Shown piece after piece: positions 15,396 through 18,094 of a stretch of DNA of 18,094 bases. Origin of the DNA: Candidatus Bathyarchaeia archaeon (GTDB taxonomy: Archaea > Thermoproteota > Bathyarchaeia > Bathyarchaeales > Bathycorpusculaceae); assembly GCA_049512075.1 (NCBI GenBank), contig JBEKXL010000034.1, forward strand, positions 1-18,094, given 5' to 3'. The translations under genes and the position numbers were made by a program. The notes beneath the pieces are model-generated. The model made no database searches. It saw nothing but the letters and a program-made list of their open reading frames with translations, and was not told where the DNA came from. Position 1 is the first letter of the stretch. Each line of letters starts with the position of its first letter.

Positions 15396-17360
15396 ATGAT
15401 ACGCGCTGGTCGAAGGATTTATTCTCCGGACTCCCCCGACGAGAGATCAAAAGTCACCTGGGGTTTGCTGCGACGCGTCTTGAACTATGCTCGCCCCTAC
15501 CGTTGGTGGATTCTCTGGATGTTGATCCTTACCTTGGTCACCACGGGCCTCTCTTTGCTGACCCCCTTGATCCTTCGTGACCTGATCGACCGGACCCTCC
15601 CGGAGCGCGATGTGTCACGCCTGATCGTGCTCATCGTTGGACTGTTGACGATCCCCCTCTTGACCGGTGCCCTCAACGTGTGGCAACGGCAGCTCAATGC
15701 CCGGGTGGGCGAAGGCGTAGTCTATGATCTGCGCACGGCGCTCTTTTCTCATCTGCAACGGATGTCTCTGAGGTTTTTCACCCATACCAAAGTTGGCGAA
15801 TTGATGAGCCGCCTTAACAACGACGTGGTTGGGGCACAGAATGCTATCAGCAACACCTTCGTCAACATCGTCACGAGTCTCATCCAGGCAGTGGTGCTGC
15901 TCTCTGTGATGTTCGCATTGGAGTGGCGGTTGACGTTGATCAGCATTGCAATCTTGCCATTATTCCTTGTTGCCGCACGCCATTTGGGGAATCGTATGCG
16001 CAAGATTGCCCGTCTGCAATTGGATCTCAATGCAAACATGAACGCGATGATGAACGAGATGCTCAATATCAGTGGCGCATTGCTGGTCAAGCTCTTTGGG
16101 CGCATTGCCCAGGAAGATACACGCTTCGAAGAACGCGCCGCACGGGTACGCGACAGCGGCGTCGCGCGGGCCGTGTCGGGTACGCTTTTCTTTGTCAGCG
16201 TGGGGTTGTTGAGCGCGATCGGCACGGCGCTGGTCTATGGCGTCGGTGGTTACTTGGTTATTCAGAGTACGCTTACCATCGGTACAATTGTTGCCTTGGG
16301 CCTATACTTGAGCAGCCTGTATGGCGCATTGCAGAGCCTGACCAACGCACCGATAGACTTTGCCACATCCTTGGTCAGTTTCGAGCGCGTCTTTGAAGTA
16401 CTGGATCTGCCGCTGGAGATCGCCTCAAAATCTGGAGCACATGTATTGCAGGACGTTCGTGGCGTGTTGGAGTTTGACGACGTCACCTTCCGGTACACGG
16501 TGGATGAGAAGGGCCTGCTCAAGGATGTGCGGCGTTTTGGCCAGATGCAAGATGTCAAAGCAGTTCTCTCTGGCGATTCGATGAAACAGCAGCGAAACTT
16601 CGACAACGTAGCTGAGGATGAGAAACAGGCCGCCCTCAGTCAGACCCGTGACGAGGTGCTTGAGCATATTTCCTTCCGAGCCGAACCGGGGAATCTGGTC
16701 GCATTGGTGGGGCCGAGTGGCGCAGGCAAGACAACACTCACCTATCTCATCCCACGTCTTTACGATCCGACTGCCGGTCGCATCTTGATAGATGGACACG
16801 ATTTGCGCGATGTGACGCTCGCCTCGCTCACAGCACAGATCGGCATGGTCACGCAAGAGACATATCTGTTTCATGACACGATCCGGATGAACTTGCGGTA
16901 TGCCAAGGCGGATGCCACACAAGACGAGATCGAAAATGCAGCCAAAGCGGCCAATATCCACGATTTTGTGATAGGTTTGCCGGACCGGTATGAGACAATT
17001 GTCGGGGAACGCGGTTATCGACTGAGTGGTGGCGAAAAGCAGCGGTTGTCACTGGCGCGGGTGATTCTGAAGAACCCACGCATTTTGGTGCTCGATGAGG
17101 CGACCAGCTCTTTAGACAGCGAATCCGAAGCCTTGATTCAGGAGGCCCTCAAGCGGGTTATGGCCAAACGTACCTCTATTGTGATCGCCCACCGTTTGAG
17201 CACCATCTTGGCCGCGGATTTGATCCTCGTGATAGATCAAGGACAGATTGTCGAACGAGGTACTCATAACGAACTCCTCAAACGAGCGGGATTGTATGCA
17301 CGGTTATATGAGACTCAGTTTCGTCAAAACTTGAGAGAAACAACCCATAGGGAAGCCTAA
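15396..17360 (+). CDS. ABC exporter, fused permease and ATP-binding domain (MsbA/MdlB-like)
   Basis: Six-TM domain with GELMSRLNNDV; Walker A GPSGAGKT, signature LSGGEKQR, Walker B LVLDEATSSLD, IAHRLST. Confidence 0.96.
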   Translation: MIRAGRRIYSPDSPDERSKVTWGLLRRVLNYARPYRWWILWMLILTLVTTGLSLLTPLILRDLIDRTLPERDVSRLIVLIVGLLTIPLLTGALNVWQRQLNARVGEGVVYDLRTALFSHLQRMSLRFFTHTKVGELMSRLNNDVVGAQNAISNTFVNIVTSLIQAVVLLSVMFALEWRLTLISIAILPLFLVAARHLGNRMRKIARLQLDLNANMNAMMNEMLNISGALLVKLFGRIAQEDTRFEERAARVRDSGVARAVSGTLFFVSVGLLSAIGTALVYGVGGYLVIQSTLTIGTIVALGLYLSSLYGALQSLTNAPIDFATSLVSFERVFEVLDLPLEIASKSGAHVLQDVRGVLEFDDVTFRYTVDEKGLLKDVRRFGQMQDVKAVLSGDSMKQQRNFDNVAEDEKQAALSQTRDEVLEHISFRAEPGNLVALVGPSGAGKTTLTYLIPRLYDPTAGRILIDGHDLRDVTLASLTAQIGMVTQETYLFHDTIRMNLRYAKADATQDEIENAAKAANIHDFVIGLPDRYETIVGERGYRLSGGEKQRLSLARVILKNPRILVLDEATSSLDSESEALIQEALKRVMAKRTSIVIAHRLSTILAADLILVIDQGQIVERGTHNELLKRAGLYARLYETQFRQNLRETTHREA

Positions 17361-17393
17361 CGGGTGAAGAGGCATCTCTCGATAAGGTGAAGG

Positions 17394-17690
17394 TTAAGTA
17401 GCGATGGATGGATGCGCCTTTGAGCACTCCATGCAGTAGTAGAGCTCTCGCATTTTCCGAAGGGGGTGCTCCTTGTGCTTCTCGCGGTACCAGCACGGCG
17501 GGCAGAGATACTTTGCATTCAGCTTTGAGGACGTTCTAGCCTTGGTCTTGCATGAGGGATTCTGGCACGACACATTTTGAGGTGAGCGGTTCTGATAGTA
17601 CTCCTCAAGCTCGGCCGTCGTGAAGCCGAACCCCAGAAAGTTCCAGCCGGCAACTCTCTGAGGAACCTCTGCCGTAGCCTGCTGCGACAA
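17394..17690 (-). CDS. Cys/His-rich Zn-finger protein (B-box-like)
   Basis: CQNPSC...YLCPPCWYREKHKEHPL...YYCMECSKAH; TTG start. Confidence 0.6.
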   Translation of the reverse strand: MSQQATAEVPQRVAGWNFLGFGFTTAELEEYYQNRSPQNVSCQNPSCKTKARTSSKLNAKYLCPPCWYREKHKEHPLRKMRELYYCMECSKAHPSIAT

Positions 17691-17975
17691 TGCAACCCCA
17701 GACCATCAGAAGCCATCAGGGGACCTTATGTCACTTCTGTCGTGGTTAGTGTGAATAAGACGACTGGGACGAGACCCACCGTACTCATTTGTGCGAAGTT
17801 TTCACCGTTCTCATGTCCTTCCCACAATTTGCAGAAGTATGGTGAGTGAAAAGGTCCATACTTCCTTTCCAAGGAGATGCGCTGGAAGAGGTTCAAAGGC
17901 GCGTGAGACCGCTCAGCCTACGCGTGAGTTATGTAGTGCAAGGGAGCGCCTGAGTCGCTTCTTTCGAAAACTGGT

Positions 17976-18094
17976 TCATAGGGTCTGTTGCTCATACTTG
18001 AAGACAATCAGGCCAGAGAATTCGTTCGGCTCCAATTGTTTGAATTCGTGTTGTGGAATCATGAGGTATTGCCATCTAACGTCGGTCAAGTCAC
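17976..18094 (-). CDS. 3' end (partial) of a probable type III restriction enzyme Res subunit / helicase-nuclease
   Basis: Own translation DLTDVRWQYLMIPQHEFKQLEPNEFSGLIVFKYEQQTL*. It resembles the 'LTG..W.YL.VPQ.EF..L.P' tail of type III Res proteins. Only 38 aa visible. Confidence 0.5.
   Translation of the reverse strand, partial: DLTDVRWQYLMIPQHEFKQLEPNEFSGLIVFKYEQQTL

Noticed and set aside
15497-17079. Alternative-frame and antisense ORFs inside the ABC gene (likewise inside tbp, alba and the HEPN genes)
   Set aside because: They fully overlap well-supported genes and show no motifs.
17726-17896. 56-aa minus-strand ORF MNLFQRISLERKYGPF...
   Set aside because: Short, with no RBS or motif; cannot be supported.

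Overview
Archaeal DNA, most likely Bathyarchaeia (TACK), judged from the TBP, Alba, DUF3303 and response-regulator tail sequences and the GGAGGTGA-type ribosome-binding sites. A small housekeeping core (Zn-ribbon, class II glutamine amidotransferase, alba, tbp, a SWIB/MDM2-like mini-protein) lies inside heavily rearranged accessory DNA. That DNA holds a frameshifted tyrosine integrase flanked by three different HEPN (RxxxxH) genes, a cytoplasmic trypsin-like protease, an EVE protein with a decayed nuclease tail, and several gene fragments: a Rad50/SbcC-receiver chimera, a second integrase, an MT-A70 methylase and a signal-peptide stub. It also holds two divergent stand-alone ATP-cone genes, dodecin, an ABC exporter, a B-box-like Zn finger and the 3' end of a probable type III restriction subunit. 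The strongest unexplained signal is non-coding: a family of short sites that mimic a tRNA 3' end (GGTTCAAA...CGCACCA, often followed by GAGACC and/or CACACACA). They occur at module boundaries (about 0.5, 6.5, 8.8 and 10.8 kb) and as a five-copy cluster with a 74-bp cruciform at 13.46-13.75 kb. A half attC-like site follows the first gene. All family assignments are from motifs read by eye; no searches were run.
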